Positions 9,730 to 19,777 of a DNA stretch of 61,868 bases are shown piece after piece. A program made the position numbers and the translations under genes. The DNA is taken from IMG/VR virus record IMGVR_UViG_3300048599_000826, positions 1 to 61,868 of that record; one strand, 5' to 3'. The notes under the pieces were generated by a model. That model searched no databases, was not told the DNA's origin, and worked only from the letters and a program-made list of their open reading frames with translations. The first letter of the stretch is position 1; each line of letters begins with the position of its first letter. The DNA is from a virus. Its lineage: Duplodnaviria; Caudoviricetes.

Positions 9730-11930
9730 TGCAGAGCAACGCTTCCGGCATCATCGGGTTGCGGCCCTGGCTGTACGCCCCGCTGAACGAAACCAGCGGC
9801 ACGGCCATCGCCGACGCGAGCGGCAACGGATCCACCGGCACGTACCTCAACGGCGTCACGCTGGGCAATGCCGGCACGCCGATCGCCGGCGTGGCCGAGA
9901 ACGGCCCGACCTTCGGCGGCGGCACTCAGTTCGCAAACATCGCCATGCGCAGCGGCTTCTTCACCGAGGCGATCGCGAACGGCGGATTCGCGTTGTCGTT
10001 CTGGTTCAAGGCGGCGAGCGGCATCGGGCCCGTGCTCGGCTTCAACGCCGGCGGTCAGCAACTCTCCATTGCCCGTCACAGCGGCATTGCCGAGTTGTTC
10101 CAGGTGTCGCTGACCTCGCCGACCTCCGGGCAGACGGTTTGCAGCGACGGCTGGGACATGACCGGGCTGTCCAGCCTGGTCGACAGCGCCTGGCATCACG
10201 TTTATCTCGGCTGCAACTTCGCGGGGCCTGGCTGGTTCTGCGCGATCGATAACACGCCACGCGGCCGGTGGAACGGCTCGGCGGGCGTCTACACGCTCAA
10301 TCCGGCGCTGCTGGTGAATCCGACGACGCCACTGGGCATTCAAGGCGTGGCGACCGGCTCGACGACGGCGACCAACATCCAGCCTGGCTCCATGATGCAC
10401 CTGGCGCTCTACACGCGGCTGCTCAAGGTCAGCGAGTGGCGCGAGCTCTACGAGGCCGGCCCATACATTCGGCGGCCGTTCTGGCGTGTGCCCAAGGTGT
10501 TCACGCTCTCGCCCTCGATCTGGCAATCCATCGGCCGGCGGATGCGTTCCGAGCGTGTGGAAGAGCACCGCTTCAGCGACTCGACGAACACCATGCCGGG
10601 CGGACAGGGAGCGGTCGTGTTGCCGGTCGAGCAGTCGATCTTGCGGGCGCTCACCGGTACACAGTCGCCGGCATCGCAGTGGATCGGCGACAACTCCTCA
10701 GACGGCCTGGGGATCCGCCCCTGGCCGCACATCTGGACCAACGTCACGACGACGGCCAACGTGCCCCCGGGCATAAAGGTGCATGAGTCGGTGAGCGGCG
10801 GCAACCCGTACACGGTCTACTTCGACGTCGTCGGGCTCTCCAACGCCTCGATCGAGGTCAGCGCCGCCAACCATGGCGAAACGCTTGTGCCGTCGCGCAT
10901 CACCTTCGAAGTGATCGCGCAGAAGAAGTCGGGCAGCGGCGCGCTCAACCTGACCGCCCTCGGCGCGAACGTGCCGTTTCAGTACGCCGGCGAGACGCGG
11001 CAGGTGATTCGCGCGACCGCCGAAATGTTCTCGGCCGCGGAGCTGACCAACGCCGACGGCTCGTATCTGAAGAAGGCCGTCACCATCGAAACGGCCGGCT
11101 ACGCGAACTGCACCTTCCAGCTTTCCTATGTGAGTGCCGGCGCGATCGTCGCCGCGGTCAGGGCTTACGACCCAGACAAGCCCGGCCGGGCGCTCTCGAC
11201 CTTCTCGGCCGGCGGCTACACCGCGGCCTCATTCGTCGCCAACCACAACAGCTGCGGGCCGCTCCTCCAGGCGATCGGCGCTCCGGACTATGTGTCGATC
11301 AACCTTGGCACGAATGATGAAGCGCAGAACAACTCATCGAGCACCTACAAGACAAACCTGCTGGCGCTAATCGCCAACCTCCGCACCAAATACGGCGTGT
11401 CGACGCTGCCAGTGCTGCTCTTCTCGCATCCTGTTCGCGCCAATGCGACGACGGCGCAGATGATCGCCAGCAACGAGTACGCGTCCGTGCTGTATGAGAT
11501 CTGCCAGGCCGATCCTTACTGCGCGATGATCAATGTCCGGCTCGTGCTGGTCGAGGACGGCTGGGATCACGCCAACAGCACCTACACGGCCACAGCCTGG
11601 GCAGACGCGACGTCCTACGCGGTTGGCAACGTTCGCTCAATCGTCGTCAATTCGACCACGAATGAGACCTGGATCTTCGAAGCGATCACCGCGCACACGT
11701 CATCGGCGTCGAATCGTCCACCGAACGCCACGAACTGGAAGCAGAAAGCGCAGTGGTACTCCGACGGCACCCACTGGAGCCGTATCGGCGGCGCGCTCGT
11801 CGGTGGCGCTGTCGGCAGCCTCATGGGGCAGCTCTTCGGTGACGTATCGGGTGCACTCAGCGGCGGCGGCGGATCCGGCATCAGCGGCGGCGCTGTCTGG
11901 CTTTCAACAGGTACAGGATTGGCGGTTTGA
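9729..11930 (+). CDS. virion-associated LamG/ConA-like + SGNH/GDSL esterase + CBM-like protein
   Basis: PLNETSGT..ADASGNG LamG start; INLGTND block III; DGTH catalytic motif; AWADATSYAVG CBM-like repeat. Confidence 0.75.
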   Translation: MQSNASGIIGLRPWLYAPLNETSGTAIADASGNGSTGTYLNGVTLGNAGTPIAGVAENGPTFGGGTQFANIAMRSGFFTEAIANGGFALSFWFKAASGIGPVLGFNAGGQQLSIARHSGIAELFQVSLTSPTSGQTVCSDGWDMTGLSSLVDSAWHHVYLGCNFAGPGWFCAIDNTPRGRWNGSAGVYTLNPALLVNPTTPLGIQGVATGSTTATNIQPGSMMHLALYTRLLKVSEWRELYEAGPYIRRPFWRVPKVFTLSPSIWQSIGRRMRSERVEEHRFSDSTNTMPGGQGAVVLPVEQSILRALTGTQSPASQWIGDNSSDGLGIRPWPHIWTNVTTTANVPPGIKVHESVSGGNPYTVYFDVVGLSNASIEVSAANHGETLVPSRITFEVIAQKKSGSGALNLTALGANVPFQYAGETRQVIRATAEMFSAAELTNADGSYLKKAVTIETAGYANCTFQLSYVSAGAIVAAVRAYDPDKPGRALSTFSAGGYTAASFVANHNSCGPLLQAIGAPDYVSINLGTNDEAQNNSSSTYKTNLLALIANLRTKYGVSTLPVLLFSHPVRANATTAQMIASNEYASVLYEICQADPYCAMINVRLVLVEDGWDHANSTYTATAWADATSYAVGNVRSIVVNSTTNETWIFEAITAHTSSASNRPPNATNWKQKAQWYSDGTHWSRIGGALVGGAVGSLMGQLFGDVSGALSGGGGSGISGGAVWLSTGTGLAV

Positions 11931-11931
11931 T

Positions 11932-12333
11932 ATGACCAACATCAGCGAAATCGAGGGGCACCTCGGCAAGCGAATCATCACGGAAACGTTTACGGCCGGT
12001 GGCTATCAGGAGGTCATCCGCTACCAGCCACCGGTGGGCAACAAGATGCTGCGCGTTCGCGGCCTGGTCACCGGTAGCGACTTGACCGGCCTGAAGCTCA
12101 CCAAGCGGATCACGCCCGAGGGTGTCGATTCGGATTTCCTGGTCGACGCGGATCTCGACACGCCCTTCGCGCTGCTGCCCTGGTCCAGCAAGTTGCCGGC
12201 TGGCCCGAGCCTCTACCTGACGCCGGCGGGCAGCTACTTCGAGTTCATGGTCGACCTGAGCGGCATTTACGAAATCGGCATCAGCGTGAAATCCGCTGGA
12301 TCCGGCAACGTGGCATTCGAACTGGCAATTTAA
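11932..12333 (+). CDS. hypothetical protein
   Basis: ORF tightly packed in operon. Confidence 0.65.
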   Translation: MTNISEIEGHLGKRIITETFTAGGYQEVIRYQPPVGNKMLRVRGLVTGSDLTGLKLTKRITPEGVDSDFLVDADLDTPFALLPWSSKLPAGPSLYLTPAGSYFEFMVDLSGIYEIGISVKSAGSGNVAFELAI

Positions 12334-12335
12334 AC

Positions 12336-12860
12336 ATGAAGAGCATCACCGACATCCTCGCTGAGAACCCGGCCGCATCCGACGCCGAGATCCTCGCCGC
12401 GATCGACGACTCACGCGCTTATCGCCGCGTGCCGGTTGCCACGGTCAAGCTCTGGTTGCTCGCCGAAGATCTCATCGGTCCGCTTTACGTGGTACGCGAC
12501 ACGACCGCAGATCTCCTGGTGAAGGGCGGCTTGTCGGAGTTTCTCGCCGGCATCACGCTTTTCGAATCACTGGACGCAACCGACGACCAGATCCTCACGA
12601 AGGCGCTCACGCTCGCCGCCGGGCTCCAGGCCGCAAATGTGATCACCGGCGAGCAATACGCGGCGTTCGTCGACCTGCTCAAAGAGCCGATGCCGGTGAC
12701 GCAAGCCGACGTCGACCAGTATCGACGCGCTCAGCTCGTGGCTTCGCACGTCGCCGCGGCCGGCAACGCGATCGCGGACGCCAACGCGTTCATCGGCGCG
12801 GCTCAGGACTGGGTGAGCACGGGTACGGGCGAGATGCCGACGTGGGGGGATGAAGAGTAA
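12336..12860 (+). CDS. hypothetical protein
   Basis: ORF in operon. Confidence 0.7.
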   Translation: MKSITDILAENPAASDAEILAAIDDSRAYRRVPVATVKLWLLAEDLIGPLYVVRDTTADLLVKGGLSEFLAGITLFESLDATDDQILTKALTLAAGLQAANVITGEQYAAFVDLLKEPMPVTQADVDQYRRAQLVASHVAAAGNAIADANAFIGAAQDWVSTGTGEMPTWGDEE

Positions 12861-13540
12861 TGTCCATCACTCGCGTCCAATCCAAGACGGCGAACACCGG
12901 CGGGAGCCTCACGTTCTCGTCGACGCTCGTCTTCGACGCATCGCCCGCGGCCGGCAACATCCTCGTGATAGCGATCGCCAGTCTCGCGGCCGCCACGCCG
13001 GTGATCCCCACATCGGCGAACACGACATGGGTCACAATGCAAGCCAACGGCGGCAGCTCCACGCTCTGTACGCTCGCAATAGGTTTTCCTCGCGCCAGCG
13101 CCGGCGCGACGGTGACAGTGCTGCATGGAGGCGGCGGTCTGGCGCTGGCCGGTGCAGAGTATGCTGGTCTATCTCCGCTATCGTTTGATGTGCTTGCGTC
13201 GGCAGTGGGATCATCCACGTCGGCCGCCAGCGGATCGACGCCGACGACCTCGGTGGCAGATGAGCTATGGATCGGCGCGATTTCGGCGCGCAATACGCCA
13301 ACATTTTCGAGCCCAACTAATAGTTTTGGCATCGTCGGCCAGACCGTGACGAGCATCGGCACGACCAACGATCGATCGGTTGCGCTCCTGGAGCGGATTG
13401 TCACGAGCACCGGCACTGCAAACGCGGGCGCGACCCTCTCAGGTACGAATAACTGGGCGGCGATCGCCGCAACGTTTTCCGCAGTCGCGAGCGGTGGCGG
13501 CCTCATCGGCGGCGGCAACCTCAGCGGGGGACTGCTGTGA
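12860..13540 (+). CDS. Ser/Thr/Ala-rich beta protein, probable virion fibre/decoration
   Basis: MSITRVQS start, two similar beta-sandwich halves, Gly-rich C-tail. Confidence 0.7.
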   Translation: MSITRVQSKTANTGGSLTFSSTLVFDASPAAGNILVIAIASLAAATPVIPTSANTTWVTMQANGGSSTLCTLAIGFPRASAGATVTVLHGGGGLALAGAEYAGLSPLSFDVLASAVGSSTSAASGSTPTTSVADELWIGAISARNTPTFSSPTNSFGIVGQTVTSIGTTNDRSVALLERIVTSTGTANAGATLSGTNNWAAIAATFSAVASGGGLIGGGNLSGGLL

Positions 13541-15108
13541 CCGAAGTATTCAAAGGCGCAACCTCGCAGAGCTTCATGTTCGAGCTCGTCGACTCCACAA
13601 CCGGACTGCCTAAGACCGGGATTGTCTATACCGACGTCACCGCGTCTTACGCCCGCACGCGCAGTGCCCGCGTCGCGATCACGCCGGCCACGCTCGCGAG
13701 CGCGTCCTCGTCCTACTCGAGCGGCGGCTTCATCGAGGTCGACGCCACCAACCAGCCGGGCCTCTACCGCGTCGACGTGCCGAACAACGCGTTCGCGAGT
13801 GGAGCGGAGGAAGTGGTCGTCACGATCAAGGCGACGGGGTGCCGCACGCAAAGCCGCGGCTTCACGCTGGTCGACTGGAATAAGCAGGTTGCGGCGATCC
13901 CCAACGCCGCGGCGAACGCGTCCGGCGGACTCCTCACGTTCGGTACCGGAGCCGGACAGTTCAATCCGAGCGGCGGTAGTGTCCTCCTCTCGGCGGCCGC
14001 GGTGCAATCGATCTGGGATGCGCTCACCTCGGCGCTGACAACCAACGGATCGATCGGCAAGCTCGTGTCGGACATCTTTGCGCGGCTCGGCGCTCCGGCC
14101 GGCGCAAGCCTCGCCGTCGACCTGGCAGCGATCCTTACCGCCATAGGCACACGCGCGGCTCCGGGCTCCGCAATGACGCTCACAAGCGGAGAGCGCACAG
14201 CGATCGCCAACGCGGTAGAGGCTGAGATCATCGACGAGACCGACAGTGAGAAGGTCCTGACGGCGATCACCAACAAGATTGCCTCCGTCAATCCGGACCT
14301 GGGCGGGCTCACGGTCGGCGCGATCGCTTCGGCGGTGCTTACGGCGATGTCCGACTACTTCAAGATTTACGACTCCGACACGATCGGAAAGAAGCTCATC
14401 GGGGCGCAGCTTGAGGAAACAGAGTTCGGAATCTCGACAGCCTCGCTCAACTCGATCGGCGCGTTGATCACGGCGCTAGGGGCGTCGATCGACGGGAAGG
14501 ACTTTGCAACCGTCGGTACCAAGCTCGCAAGCATGATCGAGTTCGTGGCGGCGGTGAATCGATTCAAAGCATCCGCGGTCTCGCAAGTGCCGGCCGGTGG
14601 TGGTGGTGGTGGTGGTGATGGTGCGACAGCGGCTCAGGTGTGGGCGCATCCGGATCGAACGCTCACCAGCTTCCCACCCACCATGCAGGCCGCTACACCT
14701 CACCCTGGTGTCGGGCTCTTCCTGCCGGGCGCTCGGCTCGAGGGCGGGCCCGTCAGCTATCGCGGCTCATCACTTGCGGGATCAACGATAAGCCTTCGCG
14801 CCCGTGTTGTTGGCACCGATGGCGACTGGATCCAGCAAGCGGACGTGTCGGCCGTCGAGTCGATCGTCGTCAACCTGCAGGATGCATCGGACACGGATAC
14901 CGATAGTCACACGGTTGCTGACGTTGTGTTCGATGAGCTCCGGGCGGACGGCACCTGGACGGAGGACAGCGTCGGCTACAACGTCGCCGTCGACATCGAC
15001 GGCGATCGCCTGCCAGCAGCCGGAACCGCTTATCGCGTCACGCTGACGCTCACGACGGCCGCAGGCCCGATCAAGACACTCTGGGAAATCCAGACAACGG
15101 CATCCTAA
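13537..15108 (+). CDS. probable virion structural/fibre adaptor protein
   Basis: GATSQS..DSTTGLPKTG N-domain, IWDALTSA..GSIGK and VWAHPDRTLT fibre-like repeats. Confidence 0.7.
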   Translation: MTEVFKGATSQSFMFELVDSTTGLPKTGIVYTDVTASYARTRSARVAITPATLASASSSYSSGGFIEVDATNQPGLYRVDVPNNAFASGAEEVVVTIKATGCRTQSRGFTLVDWNKQVAAIPNAAANASGGLLTFGTGAGQFNPSGGSVLLSAAAVQSIWDALTSALTTNGSIGKLVSDIFARLGAPAGASLAVDLAAILTAIGTRAAPGSAMTLTSGERTAIANAVEAEIIDETDSEKVLTAITNKIASVNPDLGGLTVGAIASAVLTAMSDYFKIYDSDTIGKKLIGAQLEETEFGISTASLNSIGALITALGASIDGKDFATVGTKLASMIEFVAAVNRFKASAVSQVPAGGGGGGGDGATAAQVWAHPDRTLTSFPPTMQAATPHPGVGLFLPGARLEGGPVSYRGSSLAGSTISLRARVVGTDGDWIQQADVSAVESIVVNLQDASDTDTDSHTVADVVFDELRADGTWTEDSVGYNVAVDIDGDRLPAAGTAYRVTLTLTTAAGPIKTLWEIQTTAS

Positions 15109-15398
15109 TGGCAATGAAAGCACAGAGCCTGCTGCCCAAACGAACGCAGCGTGAGCCCGATGTGCGCCCGTCAGCCCGCAAGCGTGGCTATGACGCTCGC
15201 TGGGACGCGTTCGCGAAGAGCTTCCTACGCAAGCACCCGTTGTGCGTCGACTGCTCGCGTGAGGGCCGAGACGAGCCCGCAACGCAGGTCGATCACATTG
15301 TGCCGCTGCGAGAGGCACCGAAGCGTAAGTTCGACCCGACCAACCTGCAGGGCCTTTGCAGGCCGCATCACACGATCAAGACCAGGGCGGGACGATGA
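15108..15398 (+). CDS. HNH endonuclease (terminase-associated)
   Basis: ARKRGYD..W, CVDC, VDHIVP, NLQGLC..HH directly upstream of terS. Confidence 0.9.
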   Translation: MAMKAQSLLPKRTQREPDVRPSARKRGYDARWDAFAKSFLRKHPLCVDCSREGRDEPATQVDHIVPLREAPKRKFDPTNLQGLCRPHHTIKTRAGR

Positions 15399-15444
15399 AC
15401 ACGACACGCGCCCGCATGCGAGCCCGAGCCCGCCAAGCCCCTCG

Positions 15445-15530
15445 TGGAGGGGGTATGGGGGTCAAAAAGCTGCGATCGTTTGATCGCCGGACCGCCCGTG
15501 AAATGCCGTCATTTTTCGCGCCGAATTGCG
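15445..15530. other. probable cos packaging region
   Basis: Intergenic GGGGGTATGGGGGTCAAAAAG...GACCGCCCGTG between HNH and terS, typical position for 3'-cos phages. Confidence 0.5.
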
Positions 15531-15540
15531 CTAGTACCCT

Positions 15541-15990
15541 ATGAGAGGCAGAAAACCACAACCGAAGTCGGGCGGCGTGACCGCTGTTGATTTCGGATTC
15601 CCGCCCCCGCCTGCCGGCATGACGCCGGCGGCGCGCGTCGAATGGCTTCGGATCGGCGCGCAGATGGGTGACCAGCTCATCAACCGTCTGGATGAAGCGG
15701 TACTCGAGGCCTACTGCGAGACGCGCGTGCGCGTCCGGAAGCTGAACCGGGCGATCGGGAGAATGAAGACGATCGTGTCGACCAACAAAAAGACCGGCAA
15801 CAAGATGGCAAGCCTGCTGGTGTCGCAAGTCGCAAAGCAGGAAGCGCATCTCTCAAAGCTGGCCAGCGAACTCGGGCTGACGCCGATCAGCCGAACACGC
15901 GTTGCCGCCACGGCAGCCGGCGAATCGAAGGAAGTCACGCTCGCCGACATGATCAAGAATCGTCCGCAACCGATGAGGATTGCCAAGTGA
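15541..15990 (+). CDS. terminase small subunit (P27 family)
   Basis: MRGRKP start, LEAYC, ELGLTPISR motif. Confidence 0.9.
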   Translation: MRGRKPQPKSGGVTAVDFGFPPPPAGMTPAARVEWLRIGAQMGDQLINRLDEAVLEAYCETRVRVRKLNRAIGRMKTIVSTNKKTGNKMASLLVSQVAKQEAHLSKLASELGLTPISRTRVAATAAGESKEVTLADMIKNRPQPMRIAK

Positions 15991-17708
15991 AAGACCTGCT
16001 CGAAGGGATCGAGTGCGATCCCATCACGCGTGCATGGGTGCGCAACGCATCGGATGTCGCTGCAGTGAGGGCGGGATGCTTTTTCGACCTCGCCGCGGCC
16101 GAGTACGTGCGGGACTTCCTCCAGTCGATGCTAATGCTCCCGCCAACGCAGGCCGAGCAGGAGCGACTGCTTGCCGCCGGCGAGAAAATCGAGGCCAAGC
16201 CGTTTCGTGTGCTCGATTGGCAATGGCTCTACGTGATCGCGCCGCTATTCGGCTGGAAGCGCAAGAACGGGTTTCGGCGGTTCCGCCGCGGCTACCTCAG
16301 CATTGCGAAGAAGAACGGGAAAACGGGACTCGCTGCCGCCCTCTCGATCTTCATGCTGACTGGCGATGGTGAACCAAGCCCGGAGATCTACACGGTGGCG
16401 GGCTCGCGCGACCAAGCATCTATCTGCTACGGCGATGTCGCCACGATGGTGAAAGTCTCGCCGAAGATCCAGGACGCGCTCACCGACCTGGAGAGTAAAC
16501 GAGAGATCCGGTGCAACCTCGAAACGGGTGGTGAGTATGCCGCGCTCGCGTCGGACGCGAGCAACAACGAAGGGTATAAGCCACATTTCACGGTGTATGA
16601 CGAGCTCCACACCGCGAAGGGTAGGAAGCTTTTCGATGCAATGCTCTACGGCGGCGCCAGTCGGCCGCAGTCCCTGCTGCTCACAATCACCACTGCCGGC
16701 GACGGTGCAGATGCCGAGCACATCTGCCGCGAACAGTACGACTATGCGAAGAACATCATCAAGGGCCTAGCGATCGACATCCAGTTCTTCGCCTGCATCT
16801 TCGAGGCTCCGGAGAAGTGTGAGCTCGATGATGTCGAAGCGATCAAGGCCGCCAACCCGAGCGTTGGTGAGACGATCGACCTCGACGAGGTTCTCGCCGC
16901 GGCCAATGAAGCCAAGATCACGCCCGGTGGTGAAGCTCGCTTCCGCCGTTACCGGCTCAATCAGTGGGTCAGCAACGCCGAGGCTTGGCTCACCGATCTG
17001 CTGTGGATTGCGCTGCCGGCAGATCTGACGATTGACGAGCTGGCCGGCTGCGACGGCTTCGGTGGCTTGGATCTGAGCTCAACGGATGACCTATCTGCGT
17101 TCTCGATCCTCATCCCGCCAAAGGACCCGGAGCGCGGCATTTTCGACCTGTGGGTGCGCTTCTACTGCCCCGAAGACAACATCATCCAGCTTGAGCAGAA
17201 GCACCGCGTGTCCTACACGGCCTGGCGTCGAGATGGCTGGATAAAGGCATTGCCCGGATCAGTGATCGACTACCCGCAGATCCGACGCGACGTGATGTCC
17301 TACGCCGAGACGATCAACCTCGTGAAGCTCGGAATCGATCGTGGTTTCCAGGGACAGGAGACCGAGTCAGCGTTGATTACAGCGTTCTCAGAGTTGCCGA
17401 AATATGCCGGCAAAGAGGTCGTTCATCCTGTCGGCGCCGGCTGGGTGAGCCAGAGTGAGCCGATCAAGTTCATCGAGAAGCTCGTGAAGTCGAAGCGACT
17501 GCGCCACAACGGCTCTCCCGTCTTGAGGTGGAACGCACTTAATGCCGTGGTGAAGAAGGATGAAAAGGACGGCTTCTCGCTAACCAAGAACAAGCGTCGC
17601 GCAAAAATCGACGGCATCGCCGCCACGGTCAGCGCAGTGCATTGCTACCTCTTCACGCGTGCTCCCAAAAAGAGCGTCTACGAAGGCCGCGGCATCCGCG
17701 TTTTCTAA
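15987..17708 (+). CDS. terL: terminase large subunit
   Basis: Walker A IAKKNGKT, Walker B YDELH, ITTAG, nuclease GLDLS and KIDG. Confidence 0.96.
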   Translation: MKDLLEGIECDPITRAWVRNASDVAAVRAGCFFDLAAAEYVRDFLQSMLMLPPTQAEQERLLAAGEKIEAKPFRVLDWQWLYVIAPLFGWKRKNGFRRFRRGYLSIAKKNGKTGLAAALSIFMLTGDGEPSPEIYTVAGSRDQASICYGDVATMVKVSPKIQDALTDLESKREIRCNLETGGEYAALASDASNNEGYKPHFTVYDELHTAKGRKLFDAMLYGGASRPQSLLLTITTAGDGADAEHICREQYDYAKNIIKGLAIDIQFFACIFEAPEKCELDDVEAIKAANPSVGETIDLDEVLAAANEAKITPGGEARFRRYRLNQWVSNAEAWLTDLLWIALPADLTIDELAGCDGFGGLDLSSTDDLSAFSILIPPKDPERGIFDLWVRFYCPEDNIIQLEQKHRVSYTAWRRDGWIKALPGSVIDYPQIRRDVMSYAETINLVKLGIDRGFQGQETESALITAFSELPKYAGKEVVHPVGAGWVSQSEPIKFIEKLVKSKRLRHNGSPVLRWNALNAVVKKDEKDGFSLTKNKRRAKIDGIAATVSAVHCYLFTRAPKKSVYEGRGIRVF

Positions 17709-17709
17709 A

Positions 17710-18984
17710 ATGAAATCATTCATCTCGCGCCTATTCGGTCGGGCACGTAACAGTGGCTTGATCGATGACATCCTGCGCCGATGGCGGATCGGCGGCGCCA
17801 CCCAGGCGGGCATCGACGTCACTCCTGATACGGCGATGCGTTGTGCGGCCGTCTATGCCTGCGTTCGGGTGATCGCCGAGTCACAGGCTCAGCTGCCGCT
17901 GTTCGTCTACAAGCGTCGCTCGGACGGCGGCAAGGAACGCGTTCGCGATCACCCCGTCAGCCGGCTGCTCAGTCAGAAGCCGAATGCATGGCAGACTCCT
18001 TTCGAGTTCCGCGAAATGATCAGCGGGCACCTGAGCCTGCGAGGAAACGCGCTCGTCTTCATCAACAAAGTGCGCGACACACCTTTTGAACTAATCCCGC
18101 TGCGGCCCGGTTCGGTTGAGATTGAGCAGCTCCCCGACTACTCGCTCCGCTACTGGCACACCAACGCCAAGGGCGACCGCAAACCGCTTCCTCCCCGCAG
18201 CGTTCTGCATATTCGGGGCTTGTCCTCAGACGGCATCAACGGAATCACGCCGATCACCGCTTACCGCGAATCCGTCGGACTCTCTCTGGCCACCGAGAAG
18301 CACCAGGCAAAGAGCTTCGCGAACGGCGCAAGATTCCGTGGCTACCTGAAGCATCCCACCGAGCTGAGTGCGGCTGCCGCCGAGCGGATGAAGAAAGAAT
18401 TCGACCAGATGCACGGCGGCGACAACGCGTACGCGACACCGCTTCTCGAGGACGGTGTCGACTGGGTTAGCGCCGGGATGAATGACAGTGACGCGCAGAC
18501 GATCGAGACCCGCAAGCTCGCACGATCAGACATCGCCAGCATCTTCCGCGTGCCTCCGCACATGATTGGAGATCTCGACCGAGCCACGTTCTCCAACATT
18601 GAAGAGCAGAACATCCAATTCGCCGCGGCGGCGCTCGCGCCGGCGTGCTGCCGCATCGAGCAGGCCATCGCTCGTGATCTCCTGACCGACAAGGAACGCG
18701 ACGAGTACTTCGTCGAGCACACGCTCGACGGGCTGCTGCGCGGCAACACATTGGCCCGGTACCAGGCCTACAACCTCGCCGTCAACGGCGGCTGGATGAA
18801 CCGCAACGAGGTTCGAATGCTAGAGAACCGCAACCCTGCGGAAGGTCTCGATGAGTTCCTGACGCCGCACAGCATGCGCGACGTGTCGAATGATCCGGAC
18901 ATGAAACCGCCCAAGGAAAAAACAGATGAGAAATCTCCCCCTGCCCGTGCCGGCAATCGGCAACCGACTGCCGCGGCCGCTTAA
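17710..18984 (+). CDS. HK97-family portal protein
   Basis: AVYACVRVIA, PNAWQT, IASIFRVPPHMIG, ATFSNIEEQ. Confidence 0.96.
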   Translation: MKSFISRLFGRARNSGLIDDILRRWRIGGATQAGIDVTPDTAMRCAAVYACVRVIAESQAQLPLFVYKRRSDGGKERVRDHPVSRLLSQKPNAWQTPFEFREMISGHLSLRGNALVFINKVRDTPFELIPLRPGSVEIEQLPDYSLRYWHTNAKGDRKPLPPRSVLHIRGLSSDGINGITPITAYRESVGLSLATEKHQAKSFANGARFRGYLKHPTELSAAAAERMKKEFDQMHGGDNAYATPLLEDGVDWVSAGMNDSDAQTIETRKLARSDIASIFRVPPHMIGDLDRATFSNIEEQNIQFAAAALAPACCRIEQAIARDLLTDKERDEYFVEHTLDGLLRGNTLARYQAYNLAVNGGWMNRNEVRMLENRNPAEGLDEFLTPHSMRDVSNDPDMKPPKEKTDEKSPPARAGNRQPTAAAA

Positions 18985-19777
18985 TCGCGACCCGAAAGCC
19001 AAGGTCGACCTGCGGATCACGAACACCGCGGCCGACACGACCGAGATCATGATTTACGACGAGATCGGCTATTGGGGCATCGACGCGAAGACGTTCATTG
19101 ATGAACTAAAGAACATCACCACGCCGAAGATTGTGCTGCGCATCAACTCACCAGGCGGTGACGTCTTCGACGCGGCCGCCATGTACAACGCACTCAAGCG
19201 CCACCCGGCGCAAATCTCAGCCACCGTTGACGGCATCGCGGCCTCGGCCGCGTCGTGGATCCCGCTTGCCGCGGAAACCGTCTCCATGGGCCGCGGCTCC
19301 TACATGATGGTTCACAATGCCATGGGATTTGGCTGGGGTTACGCCAAGGACCTGCGCTCGACCGCCGACATCCTGGACAAGCTCAGCAAAGGGATCGCGG
19401 AGCTTTATGCGAGCCGATCCGAAAAGAGCGTCGAGGACTGGCAGGCGCTCATGGATGCCGAAACGTGGTTCAGCGCATCCGAGGCCGTCGACGCCGGTCT
19501 CGCCAATGACGAGATCGACGCCCCACCCATCGAAAACAAGTTCGATCTGTCGCAGTTCGGCAATGTGCCCGACGAGCTGCGTAAACCGCGATCGCCTCGC
19601 GACGTTGAGAATGCCCTGCGTGACGCAGGTATCTCCCGTAACGATGCGAAAGCTGCCGTTTCCAAGCTGAAGGACGAAGCCCGGCGCGATGCCGATGCGG
19701 ACGTCTGGAACGCGATCGGCGAAATGGCCAAGGGCTTTCAGTCCATCAACGAAGCACGCAAAACGGAGCAGATATGA
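18926..19777 (+). CDS. ClpP-type head maturation protease
   Basis: INSPGGDVF, AASAAS, MMVHNA, ETWFSASEA. Confidence 0.93.
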   Translation: MRNLPLPVPAIGNRLPRPLNRDPKAKVDLRITNTAADTTEIMIYDEIGYWGIDAKTFIDELKNITTPKIVLRINSPGGDVFDAAAMYNALKRHPAQISATVDGIAASAASWIPLAAETVSMGRGSYMMVHNAMGFGWGYAKDLRSTADILDKLSKGIAELYASRSEKSVEDWQALMDAETWFSASEAVDAGLANDEIDAPPIENKFDLSQFGNVPDELRKPRSPRDVENALRDAGISRNDAKAAVSKLKDEARRDADADVWNAIGEMAKGFQSINEARKTEQI

